Positions 24,943 to 36,268 of a stretch of DNA of 64,000 nucleotides are shown here, in pieces. Position numbers and translations under genes: made by a program. This DNA comes from Carcharhinus longimanus (lineage: Eukaryota). The notes under the pieces are model-generated. The model did not search any database. It saw nothing but the letters and a program-made list of their open reading frames with translations, and was not told the origin of the DNA. The DNA lies in the NCBI GenBank assembly GCA_030264375.1, contig JASCQW010000043.1, forward strand, positions 52,575,760 through 52,639,759, read 5' to 3'. Position 1 is the first letter of the stretch; every line of letters starts with the position of its first letter.

Positions 24943-25990
24943 AACAATGTCAATGATTAGCATTTGAATTTCTTCAATGATAAGTCAGTACAAACAGGAT
25001 AGACTGAAGGAATTTAAAGAGAGACACCAAATGGTCACAAATTTAAAAACAAATTCAGAATATGAATGAGGCAGCCAGATAGTATAGATTAAAAGGAAAT
25101 TCCAACAGATAAATGTGTAATGGCTGAGATAGCTTGCAAACAATAATTATCACTAGTGCGTATACAAGTACTGTTTCTAATTAAACTGAGAAGTACTGTC
25201 CCTCAACTATAATTAATAGGGCTGGAATTCTCTCATCGAAATACGAGTTAAATCTAGATAAGTCTTGCATAGTCCGAGCTGACATTTACTCTGCAAGGGA
25301 TTAACTGCAATGTCACTTTATTTTGTTGTTAAATTGAATTAAATTACAACCTGCATTTATAAAATGCCTTTAATGCTCTAAAACATCCCAAGATTTTAAA
25401 CGCTGACAATATTGAACAGATCAGGGTCTACAGAACAGGGCAAAATATCATTGATATTGAACAAGCAAAAGCAATTTGCCAAAGCTAGGTAAATCTTCCA
25501 GCCCCAATCAAGTTCTCAAAAAACTGATCTCTTCAATCCAAGCACAATCTCCCAACTACATTTTGTATGGCAAACAAATGTTAAGTGCAGTTCATTGACC
25601 TATATTGCTGGTCGCAGCAATTTCTGGGCTAGTGTTAATTTTCTATGGTTCAAAATACCGATAATTTTAATTAACCTTTAACAGCAGTATTTTTACACAA
25701 GTTACATGAGGTACAACACCCTCAATGTTGCACAATTGGCACTGATTTCTGCTCAATCTCAGATCCACATGCGGCACAGGTTAGAGACAAATTTCAATAA
25801 ACTCTGCTCATAAATCCTTCATATATGAGTTCAGTGAATGTTAACAGACTATTTGTATAGTATCACTGCATGGCTCACTCTCAGCTGTTATGTTTACTAG
25901 AATTGCACATGAGTGGAAACTTTAGCAATCTCTCCCCTCTCTAACCCAAGGTAAACATAGCACACCTCCATTGCAGTAACAACCAAAACT

Positions 25991-26300
25991 GCACGGTGGC
26001 ACTGTGGTTAGTACTGTTGCCTCACAGTGCCAGAGACCCAGATTCAATTCCCAACTTGGGTCATTGTCTGTGCAGAGTCTGCACGTTCTCCACTTTTCTG
26101 TGTGCATTTCCTCTGGGTGCTTTGGTTCCCTCCCACAGTCTGAAAGACAGGCTGATTAGGTGTATTGGCCATACTAAATTCTCTCTCAGTGAATCCGAAC
26201 AGGCGTCGGAGTGTGGCGACGTGAGGATTTTCACAGTAACTTCACTGTAGTATTAATGTAAGCCTAATTGTGACACTAATAAATAAACTTAAACTTAAAA
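25991..26300 (+). mobile_element. HE1-like V-SINE (tRNA head, V domain, non-CR1 tail)
   Basis: GCACGGTGGCACTGTGGTTAGTACTGTTGCCTCACAG A box, GATTCAATTCCC B box, V domain GTCTGCACGTTCTCC...CCTCCCACAGTC, and a (TAAACT)n end. Confidence 0.92.
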
Positions 26301-27311
26301 CCAGAGATCAAGATTTATCTTAACCTCATGGTACTTTTGCTCATTAGGTTATCAGGAAACTCAATATCCCCTTGCTTAAATTGCAAGTGAATTGTGATTC
26401 AAATGCTGTTCCATTTAATGAAATTAGGAAGTTACGATCCCCTCAAGAGATCAATAACATTTAGAAAGATATTCGAATTTCAAGTGACGAAGTGGAAGGT
26501 TCATACAAGATTTCAAGTTTTAAAATATTATAAAAGCAACATTGACTAGTTGGCAACTTATACTCTAAACAGCATAAAAGATCCCCCCGTTTACTTTTTA
26601 AGATGACCGAAAATCTCCCTGAATGGTAATGTTTTACTCTGTCTCTCAAGTGAATATTTCATTCTGCAGAAACCTGCCCAAAGCTATTCTCTTCCTTTTT
26701 CCTTTCCCAGCCAGATAATTTCTAATCCCTGAACTAATATTCATGTTGAAAAGTTACCCTAAGGGTTCCTCCATCAAGACAAAACTAGGCAAATCTTCCA
26801 GCCTCCATTCAAATTCTCAAAAAATTGGTGTCTTCAATCCAAGCACAATCTCCTACCTGCATTCTGCATGTGAACAACAGATTCTGCTGCTTCTATCTCT
26901 CTGCTCTCTTATTGTCTAAGATTTGTGCAGGCTAATCTGTCTGAGAGATTCAGGACTATCTTAAGGAAAGCCTGTCTGCCGATATTACAATGGTTTTCTA
27001 TGGCCTGTTCCCCTCTCAAATCCACATCCGCCAAAAAGTGAATCGCATGGGCCTAAGTCCTCAATATTATTCTTTCTTGGAATTAAACAGACAGCTTAAA
27101 GCATAACCATTTATTAAACCTCACCTTCCTAACATCTCCTTGAGAGATTTTGAAACTTAACAGTCTATCCACAGAAGCCCCTACCATTGTTCCCAGGTGC
27201 GAATATTATGCATCTCATTCTCAATCAAAACCTTTAACAATGAAATCAGCCAAGCTTCTTATCGAGTGGAATTCAGAAGAGGTCAATTGACTCCTTCATT
27301 CATATATTTAT

Positions 27312-27386
27312 AATTAAAGTTTATTTATTAGTCACAAGTTGGCTTACATTAACACTGCAATGAAATTACTATGAAAATCCCCTAGT
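27312..27386 (-). mobile_element. Isolated SINE/LINE tail fragment
   Basis: TTTATTAGTCACAAGTTGGCTTACATTAACACTGCAATGAAATTACTATGAAAATCC is the reverse of the tail at 26225-26285. Confidence 0.75.
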
Positions 27387-28339
27387 TTTACCTAAATTCA
27401 AGAGACAGTCCCAAAACATAACACTTGGAAAATTAATTTTTGTAACAAGAACTTGATGAGAAATAACAGCTACTTAATCACAGAAATGTTGCTGTACACA
27501 AATATATCTGTACTTTTTTTAGCTTTATGTTTTGGGTATACATCTGAAATGGGTTCTTCATATCTAGAAAAATGATAATTGAAGCAACAAAATGATTTTT
27601 GCAAATAGAAGTAGATCGTTTAATGGACTGCAGTTTCTATTCCTAAAATCCTTCATGAATCGTACAGCTGCAATTCATGGGTTGTGCTCAATATTTTTTA
27701 AGGATTCCTATCTACTTTATAATATTGGAGCCTTAAGTTTTAGCCATGCTTATTTCCTTCTGTGCAAGATTTTGCTTTTCATTTCTTAACGTGAAGCTGC
27801 TCTTTAATTGTTTGCTGCAAATACATCAGGCACCAAAACAACTTGGCATTCTCTTCAGTCATTGGTAATTTTCTTTTCCAATTTTCTCTCCATGTTCCTA
27901 ATTCCCTTTTTAACCACTTTCAATTGTTTTTCCAGTTTTCTTTCTAATTCTTTCAATCGTTGGAAATTACTTCTGCTTGTTCCTTATGAACCTTTATCTA
28001 CCAATTAAAAAATCTGAGGCTACTTCATCACATTCCCCTCTGAGTTCCAAATGGAAAAGATGCACTTGAATCCAATGAAGTTGACCCAACCATTGGCTTT
28101 TAATTTTGGAGCGAGAGACTAAACTTTTAATCCAGCAGAATAATGCATCGCTTGAAAAGTAAACTTAAAACAGATACTTGAAAGAACCATTTTTGCTCAA
28201 AGGGTGATATGCATTTGAATTCATTGACTAAATGCAGCAGTAGAGACTAAAATATTAGGTACATTTTAAAAGAAGCGGGATGCTAGAATTGGAGAATGTG
28301 TATCCTGGAGAGATGTGCTTTAATTAGTTAAATTGCCTT

Positions 28340-28482
28340 ACAAAGAATAAAGAACAAAGAAAATTACAGCACAGGAGCAGGCCCTTTGGCCCTCCAAGCC
28401 TGCACCGACCATACTGCCTGACTTAACTAAAACCCCCTACCCTTCCAGGGACCATATCCCTCTATTCCCATCCTACTCATGA
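28340..28482 (-). mobile_element. CR1 3' end
   Basis: Reverse of the 3' UTR and tail at 1510-1638. Confidence 0.85.
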
Positions 28483-30244
28483 AAGAAAAGAACAGCTTTA
28501 CCTCAAATTTAACTTTTTTAATGTCCAATCATTATAGTAAACACAAATCTTATTAGGTATATTAATACATTTAATTTTAACTTCTCCAAATACAAAAGGA
28601 AGCATCTTCCTATAGTATAATGGAATAGTTTCAACTAAGTGCCAACAAGAGTTAACTGTAACAGTCTGTGATGTCATAGAAAGAAGTCACATTCATGTGA
28701 TCTAAGGCTCAAGGAAAGAAAGCCTGGGTGGAAGCTACTGTAAGGGGTATTCTCATAACTGCAAATATGTCACAATAATTTATTTGAAAATGTATTGCAA
28801 TGGTTCTAACCCAACAGCACCTTAATGTATGCTGAGCAGTGACCAAAAGAAATGGTATCAGAGAAATTTCTACTTCGAGCTCCGATAGAGCACTTCAGAA
28901 TAGTGACAGGTCATAACCAGGCTTAAGTGCAACCAAAGTAATAAAGGAAATTCGCTCAATTTCACAATATATTGGGTCTGGCAGCGAAGCAAGTCAGTAC
29001 ACTTTTATACGCAATGGGCAACTGTGAAAACAACATCTTAGCTATCATGGGAATTGATGAGGATAAAGTCACATGTGCGTAAGTTCTTGTGGAATGTGCA
29101 AAATTCGATAAATGAACCCAGAGACAAGGGAAAGCAACAATGCATTTATCAATGATTTGTACCTATCAGCAGAGTTCTGTGAGTATGGTCATCTGAAAGA
29201 GGACTGAAATTGTGACTGAACAGTCACTGGAGTAGTGGATGATGCATTCAGATAGTGCGCAGTCCCAACAGTGATTCAATTAAGTAGGCAATCCAGGAAT
29301 GAAAAGGGGAAGGGTGCGGTTAGTGAGGAGGAAGAAAGAGAGCAAGAGAGAGAAAGCGAGAGCAAGCAAAAACAATTGAGAGCATGAGAGAGAATGAAAT
29401 AAGCACTGGAATTGTCCCACTGAAGACACACAAAAATATGTGCAAAGCCACTGCAGGTCTTGCGTTGCAGTAGAAGAAAAGGGCAGGACATTCAAAAAGA
29501 CAATGCTTTAAAGGCAAACAGTCTATGAAACAGAAGATTCAGAAGATATTGAGATACTCTTCTTCAGAGAAATTAAATTATTAAGAGGGAATTATTGGGG
29601 TGCAGAGATCCTGGTAGAAAGTAATAGGACCATAAACAGATACTGAAGGAGCAGTTTCAGTTCTCTCAAATGCTGAATCATGGGTAAACATGAGATTTTC
29701 ACAACCCTCCTCCAAGATGCTACAAGGATCAGGATAAACAGAGCTGAAAGTTCTGGGAGAACAAACAGCTACTTTAAAGTCAGGAAAGAAAGTGATTGCT
29801 GAAGTTCTATATACAATTCAAGATAAGAGTAACTTGCTCTTATGTAGAAAGGAATATATAGAATTCAATCCAATGTGAAGAACAGAAGAAATAAATAATG
29901 GTGAAGGTCAATCAGGAGACTTCAGGGCAGAATTCCTGAGGCTAGTTACATGACTGGGAAAGCTGAAAGAAACCTACAAGAGAAATCAATATGCTTATAT
30001 ACACTCAAAGGTTCTACATCCTTTACTTCCAAAGGTAAAGAAGGAGATCGACTCAATGGTAAGATGAGGAGTCATTTCACCCTAGAAGAGCCAACAAGTG
30101 GTACTTAAAGATGGTACTGGTTTTGAAGCCAAATGGTTCCATAAGAATATCTGTTGAGCTCATTCAACTCAATCAAACTGTGAAAAGAGAAGTGCATCCA
30201 ATGGTATCAGTACATGAAAGCTGAACTAAATTAGGGAAGTGTTT

Positions 30245-30777
30245 AATTAAATTAGGGTGGAAGCTTAGGGCTAAAACAAGCAGAGTGGTTATCTCTGGTT
30301 TGCTACCTGTGCCGCGGGATAGCATGGAGGAGAATAGAGAGAGAGAACATTTGAACTCGTGGCTAAAGGGATGGTGCAGGAGGGAAGGGTTCAGATACTT
30401 GGACAATNNNNNNNNNNNNNNNNNNNNNNNNNNNNNNNNNNNNNNNNNNNNNNNNNNNNNNNNNNNNNNNNNNNNNNNNNNNNNNNNNNNNNNNNNNNNN
30501 NNNNNNNNNNNNNNNNNNNNNNNNNNNNNNNNNNNNNNNNNNNNNNNNNNNNNNNNNNNNNNNNNNNNNNNNNNNNNNNNNNNNNNNNNNNNNNNNNNNN
30601 NNNNNNNNNNNNNNNNNNNNNNNNNNNNNGGGGTCTTTTAAAAGACTTCTGGATGAGTATATGGGATTTAATGGGATTGGGAGTTACAGATAGTTCTATG
30701 GCTTGGCAGGTATAGATGTGATCAGCGCAACTTGTGGGCCGAAGGGCCTGTTTGTGCTGTAGTGTTCTATGTTCTAA
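30245..30777 (+). mobile_element. CR1 insertion in the Gypsy RT: ORF1 esterase fragment, gap, 3' end
   Basis: RVVISGLLPVPR...LNSWLKGWCRREGFRYLDN (SGNH esterase-like CR1 ORF1) and a (GTTCTAT) tail at 30760-30777. Confidence 0.82.
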
Positions 30778-32609
30778 GATGGTGCACATCAGAAATCATT
30801 TAAAAAAATCAAGGAAAGATTGATGTCATCAGAAATATTTGCACTTTATGATCTAGATTTACCTACAATTATTGCAACAGACACATCCTCTACAGGATGG
30901 GAGGCAATACATGGAGCCCACAGGCCTGTCTAATACACATCACTGTTATTAAAAGATACAGAAAAGAGATAATCAGTAATCAAAATGGAAGCATTTGCAG
31001 CTACATAGCCCCATTAGAAATTTGTTGACTATGTCTTGTGTCTTCACACTACAGTAAAAGCAGATGCCTTATGGTGTTTGTTCAAGGGAAATAACAGAGG
31101 ACAGCAGATGCAATATTACACATTGAAACGAAACCCAGAAAAATGCAATATTGGATTTATGGAATAAGTCAAGGAGTTTACTATTGTGACAATGCATATA
31201 TTGCTACATTACTGTATGAAGATTGAATGAAATCAGGCAGACTCAAAAATCAGACACAGATGTAAGCAGATCAGAAAGTATTATGTTAGAAGTTGGCCAA
31301 CATACGTACCACATATTCCTATCTGGAGACCATATTTCAAGCAAAGGGCACATCTGCCAGTGATCGATGATTTACTGGTGTGCACCGATGGAATAACAAT
31401 CCTAAGAATATTAAGACTTGAGATTTTATCGCACCTAATTAAGGTAGTACCAATGCAGAGCCTAAGCATGGTATTTGATTGAGTAGTCTGGTCTCTCAAG
31501 TCATTGAAAGAAATGATATCCAGATGTTCAATTCATAAAGAAGAATCAAAAGAACAACTAATGTCATTTTCTTTTCCTGCAAGGCCATGGGGATGCCTAA
31601 GAATGGATTTATTTGAAAATGGATGGAATTATAACAGATTAGTAATCAAGGTGGATAGAAGTGAATCAGTTGTGTGGTCACATGAGAGACACAGATAACT
31701 GCAATAAATTTTCACAATCCACGGGATTCCTGATATTGTGATATCAGATTCACAAATATAGAATTTCAAGAGATAATAGAATAATTTGCATTTGTTGACA
31801 CAGGTTCAGTGAGGTTTCCACAGCCCAACGGAGAAGCGGAAAGAACTGTCCGAACTGTAAAGGTATTGCTGAAAAAGAAAGAACATTTTCAACTAGCATT
31901 TTTGAGTTACAAATTGTCACTTGCAAAATGTGTTAGCTCCAAGCAAGTTATTCAGACAAAGGAGGTTGTGGGCATAGATTCCTACCGTTATGCATGCATT
32001 GATACCATAAATAAAGTCATAGGGCAGGATGTTCCGGATGCGTTCACCCCAAAGCCGGAAAATCCCATCCAAGGGAAACAGACCTTTGCGTAGTCCATCT
32101 CCTTCCCAGAACAATTCCCGTGGCAGGCAAGATGGTAATATTCTGCCCACAGACAAAGTATGAGATGGAGAAGAAAGTTACAAAGTAGACAGATGAAACA
32201 CTATGATGGTCATCACAGAACACAAAAATTATCATATCTTCAACCAGAAGAAAAGGTTTGAGTCAGAGATCAGTTGAGATAGTGAGAAATAGTGGAGAAA
32301 TTGAGATCTTAGATTGTTCAGATGTAACTCAGCACAGTAAGAAGAAACAGAAGAGCTTTGATTACAATTGAGCAACAATGTGAAAATTAGAGATCAGAAT
32401 CGATCATGATCATTATATATGAAAGAAGACACTGAAGCAGGTGATCTGAAACCATCTACTATTTTGTATTCCAGACAATAGCGTCCAGAAGACTGACATC
32501 AGAATGAGAATGCACTATTCCTTAAAAACTGGAAGGAAACTAGCCATGGTAGATTCATGAGGCACCATAATGTTTATCGATGTAAGAGGACACGATGGAG
32601 AGAAAAGAC

Positions 32610-33470
32610 AACAGAATGTACTCTGGGTGGGAAACTTCACTGCCACAATAGCATTACAACCAACCAAGCTAGCCGAGACATAAGGGACACAGCTGCTAGA
32701 CTGGGTCTGTGGCAGACGGCGTGGGAACAACATACTTTACCTCATCTGAACAGTCAGCTTGTCACAAAGGCATGTGAAGTCCATCCGTAAGAGTGGCCAC
32801 TATACAATGTTTATGGAGTCCAGGTTCCAACTTGACATTGAGGATATCCTCCATTGTCTTGTGTGGCACCACCACCATGCTAAATGGGATACATTTCAAA
32901 TAGATCTAGCAACTCAAGACTGGGCATCCATAAAACCCTGTAGGCCATCAACAGCAGCAGAATTGTACATTACCACAATCTGTAACTTCATGGCCCTGCA
33001 TATCCCCCACCCTACCATTATCACCAACCCACTGGCTCTACCCTGGTTCACTGAAGGCTGTAGGAGGCATATCCGAAGCAGCACCAGGCATACCTTACAA
33101 AAAGTGAGGTACCAACTGGATGAAGCGATAACACATTATTTCTTGAGTTTCAAACAGCATTACCAATGTGTGAAGGACAAAGCTAAGCGATTCCACAACT
33201 AACAGATCAAATCCAAGTTTGGCATCCTGCTACACCCAATCATGAATGCTGCTGGAAAATTTAGCAGCTCACTGGAGAGGGAGGTTCCACAAAGAGGTTC
33301 ATTCTCAATGATGAGGGAGCCAACAGATCAGGGCAAAAGATAAGGCTGAAGCATTTGACACAATCTTCAGCCAGAAGTGTTGAGAGGATGATCCATCTCA
33401 GCCTCCTCCAGAGATCCCCAGTGTCACAGATGCCAGTTTTCAGTCAATTTGAATCACTCCATGTGATATT
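32610..33470 (+). mobile_element. Family B LINE internal fragment (endonuclease to pre-RT linker)
   Basis: AKWDTFQIDLATQDWAS, HIPHPTI...PWF and KDKAEAF motifs. Its end (33428-33468) overlaps the start of the family B copy at 9314-9355. Confidence 0.8.
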
Positions 33471-36200
33471 CCTAATAAGAGTTAACGAACAGTTTACAAT
33501 GTCCCGGAAGGAAATGGCATACAACCATGTTACCTGAAGCTCAAGGAGTGTAAGTCTGGTCACCTCTAGTATAAGTTCATTATTGTAAATATGTCAAAAT
33601 AAAATTAGAATGTTTTGCAGTTTGTTGTCATTGAGAATTTATTGAAACTACTCCAACCTAACAACACTATAACATAATCAAGCACTTTTCTTATTCTGGC
33701 AGTTCCTTCAAGAATCAATCATAAGCAACTATTAAGATTTCTTTTGCTATTTACATGTGGTGAAGTGCTGGGTCTGCTCTGCCAACGTCCCACAGATCAC
33801 AGTTGAAACCGAATTATCAGACTGTCCGAGTCACATGCGTAAATGGTGCTCATTCTTTGAAAGATGCCTGCAGTTTTCAACTCATGGACTTATCAGTCAG
33901 TGTTGTCATCAAGATTTCAGTAAAGCACAAGAGTAAGCATGCAAAGTTTGTCTATTTGATCAATGAGAAACACCCAGCTGTAAGTCTTCCACCAGCAATG
34001 CCAGAGCAAAGAGAAATTTCAAAATGTAGCACAGGAGTCATATTGCTCAACACAAATATATTTTCCTACAGGAAATAAGACCAGTCGCAACAGCCTGTAT
34101 TTGTCAACACATCATTACTCCCATGAGTATGTGTAACTGCATAGCCTGGAATGATAATGAGCCATGCAGGCAAGGAGTGTCTCATCTGATCTCCAAATGA
34201 TTGAAGTCTGAAACCATGGTGNNNNNNNNNNNNNNNNNNNNNNNNNNNNNNNNNNNNNNNNNNNNNNNNNNNNNNNNNNNNNNNNNNNNNNNNNNNNNNN
34301 NNNNNNNNNNNNNNNNNNNNNTGAAGTCTGAAACCATGGTGAGCATGCTACAAGTTCATCCCATATATGTGGTGAAACCATATCTCAACAGGAAAGCAAG
34401 GAGAAAAGAAAATTGGGACAGAGAGATTAAAATGGTTCAAACTGGGAAGTTTGCTTTTGATTTTACTAGAAAGCGGATGGGGAAATGTTACTTGGATGTT
34501 TCACCAGAAATTATCTCCTTTCTGCCCTATCTGCGCATTCCTATGACTTTCCCCATGTTTACATTGTTTTTGAAATAAAAGTTTTGAATGCTTTTAATGT
34601 TTCAAGCCATGACAGAAAACCGTAAGTGCTCGGCATTAAGCAAACTCTGCTGCACCTTGGAGTGCTTGTTTAGGAATAGAATAGAGAAAGGTATGGTGGT
34701 AATAACCCAGCTGCCCAGTTAACATCTACTGGAGCCAGTGAATATAAAAAAATGAAAATAATGTAAAAGAAGAAAAATAAGCAATAGCAAAACTCACACT
34801 TTTTGGTCTGTGCAACAGCCTCTGCACTCCACAAAGTAATTCATATTGCAAGAAACAGTAAGTCGTCATATAAATCCAAATACTTCCCTTCTGCACAGAA
34901 AAATCTTCCTTATAATTTTATGACATAAACAAAAATTATACAAGAATTTTTTTTTGTGCCAAGAATCAGATAATTTTACCAGCTCTCAGAAAGAAGCAAC
35001 CATTTACTACCATTCTCCTACCATTTTCCTTGTCCATTTCATATTTCTTATCAAAATATTTATCCGCTTCCCTTTACAAGCGACCACTATTTCTGGGAGA
35101 ATATGCCCTAACAATCCTCTGCATTAAAGAATCTCCTAATATTTCCCTTTGCTCTTTCAGTGATCTCAATATATGCCCTGCAATTATTAACTCAGCATCT
35201 AATCAAAAATGTTTAAACATTTTAGCTTCTCGAAACCACTGAAGTGTTATAATTTCAACACTTCAGTATAAAGCTAGCAACATGATTCAAGATTTTAAAA
35301 TTACATAGCTTGTTTTGCTTTTGCGAACATTCTGAAAAATTGCTCATGAAATGGCATTGTTTGCTAATTTCAATGTGGACCCAGCATGCTGAAAATAGTA
35401 TGCATTCTTCTGTAATGCCTGATATGCCTAAAACAAAATTAAGGCTTGACCTAATGACAGACATTTAACTTCAGGATTTGTGGATTTCCAGAGTAATGGC
35501 CATATTTGGAAAACAGTATGTTGATGAACAAACATATGGATGTTATAACCTTAAACAGACAGATGCACATCGTGAGTTTTTTTAAAAAGGTACACTTCAT
35601 GATTAAAATTCAGAACACTGTAAAAATCAGATCTTTTAGAAAGACACATCTGACCGCACAATCATGTTTCCTAATGTGCGCAAAACATGCTGAATTGTAG
35701 CCTTTAAACAGACAGCAAATCTTTTCCCTCATTTTAAAGAAAAGGATTGCACTCTTACTTTTAAATACTTCTACAACACAGGGAAGGAAGCATGACAATA
35801 CACCCTGGCCTGGCTTTTCTCCTGCCGTGAAAGGGAGGCCATCAGCATTCACTGCTGGATAAAGTGTCCTGTCAGTGATGCACTGCTCCTCCACAAATTG
35901 CACTATTTCTGTCTTTGCAAATGGAATCTGCAAGAACCTTAGGGATCATTACCTATCGCAATTGCACTAATTGAACCATGTTCCAAACAACTAAGTTTTT
36001 AAATTGTGTACAAAATTACAATTAGTGATAAATAACCTCTCGGGCTGTGAAAAATGAACTTTGCATGCATGCAATCTCATGCCCTCTGATAAAAATTATG
36101 CTGCAGTTTTTAAAATTTTTGTTTTAAGATATGGTTTATATGCTTTGCTCTCCTTTAACTATGACCCTATCTTTATTTTACTTTCTATACAATGATTCAC

Positions 36201-36268
36201 ATGTCATTGATATTTCTTGATTTTTAAAATCCAGATGTCATTGATATTTCTTGATTTTTAAAATCCAG
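36201..36268. repeat. Perfect tandem duplication, 2 x 34 bp
   Basis: ATGTCATTGATATTTCTTGATTTTTAAAATCCAG occurs twice head to tail. Confidence 0.95.

Larger units (their letters stand above)
28640..33665 (+). mobile_element. Decayed, near full-length Gypsy (Ty3) LTR retrotransposon with two LINE insertions
   Basis: gag AEQ*PK..WYQR (28831). Zinc-knuckle remnant about 29440-29510. Protease DT..AVSV about 29640. RT HPLLPKVKKEIDSM and LKPNGSIRISVELIQLNQTVKREVHPM (30017-30204). RNase H IIATDTSSTG (30867). Integrase RPWGCLRMDLFE, HGIPDIVISD and RFPQPNGEAERTVRTVK. Order is PR-RT-RH-IN. Diverged LTR pair at 28647-28780 and 33477-33607. Confidence 0.85.

Noticed and set aside
25991-26060. tRNA gene candidates (also 40710-40775, 42590-42660, 60730-60800)
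   Set aside because: They are tRNA-derived SINE heads continuing into V or Deu domains, with no full cloverleaf.
28853-28863. TGGTATCAGAG, identical to the tRNA-iMet primer binding site
   Set aside because: It is not directly after a CA LTR end and reads as WYQR within the gag-like AEQ(W)PK..WYQR motif, so it is probably coincidental.
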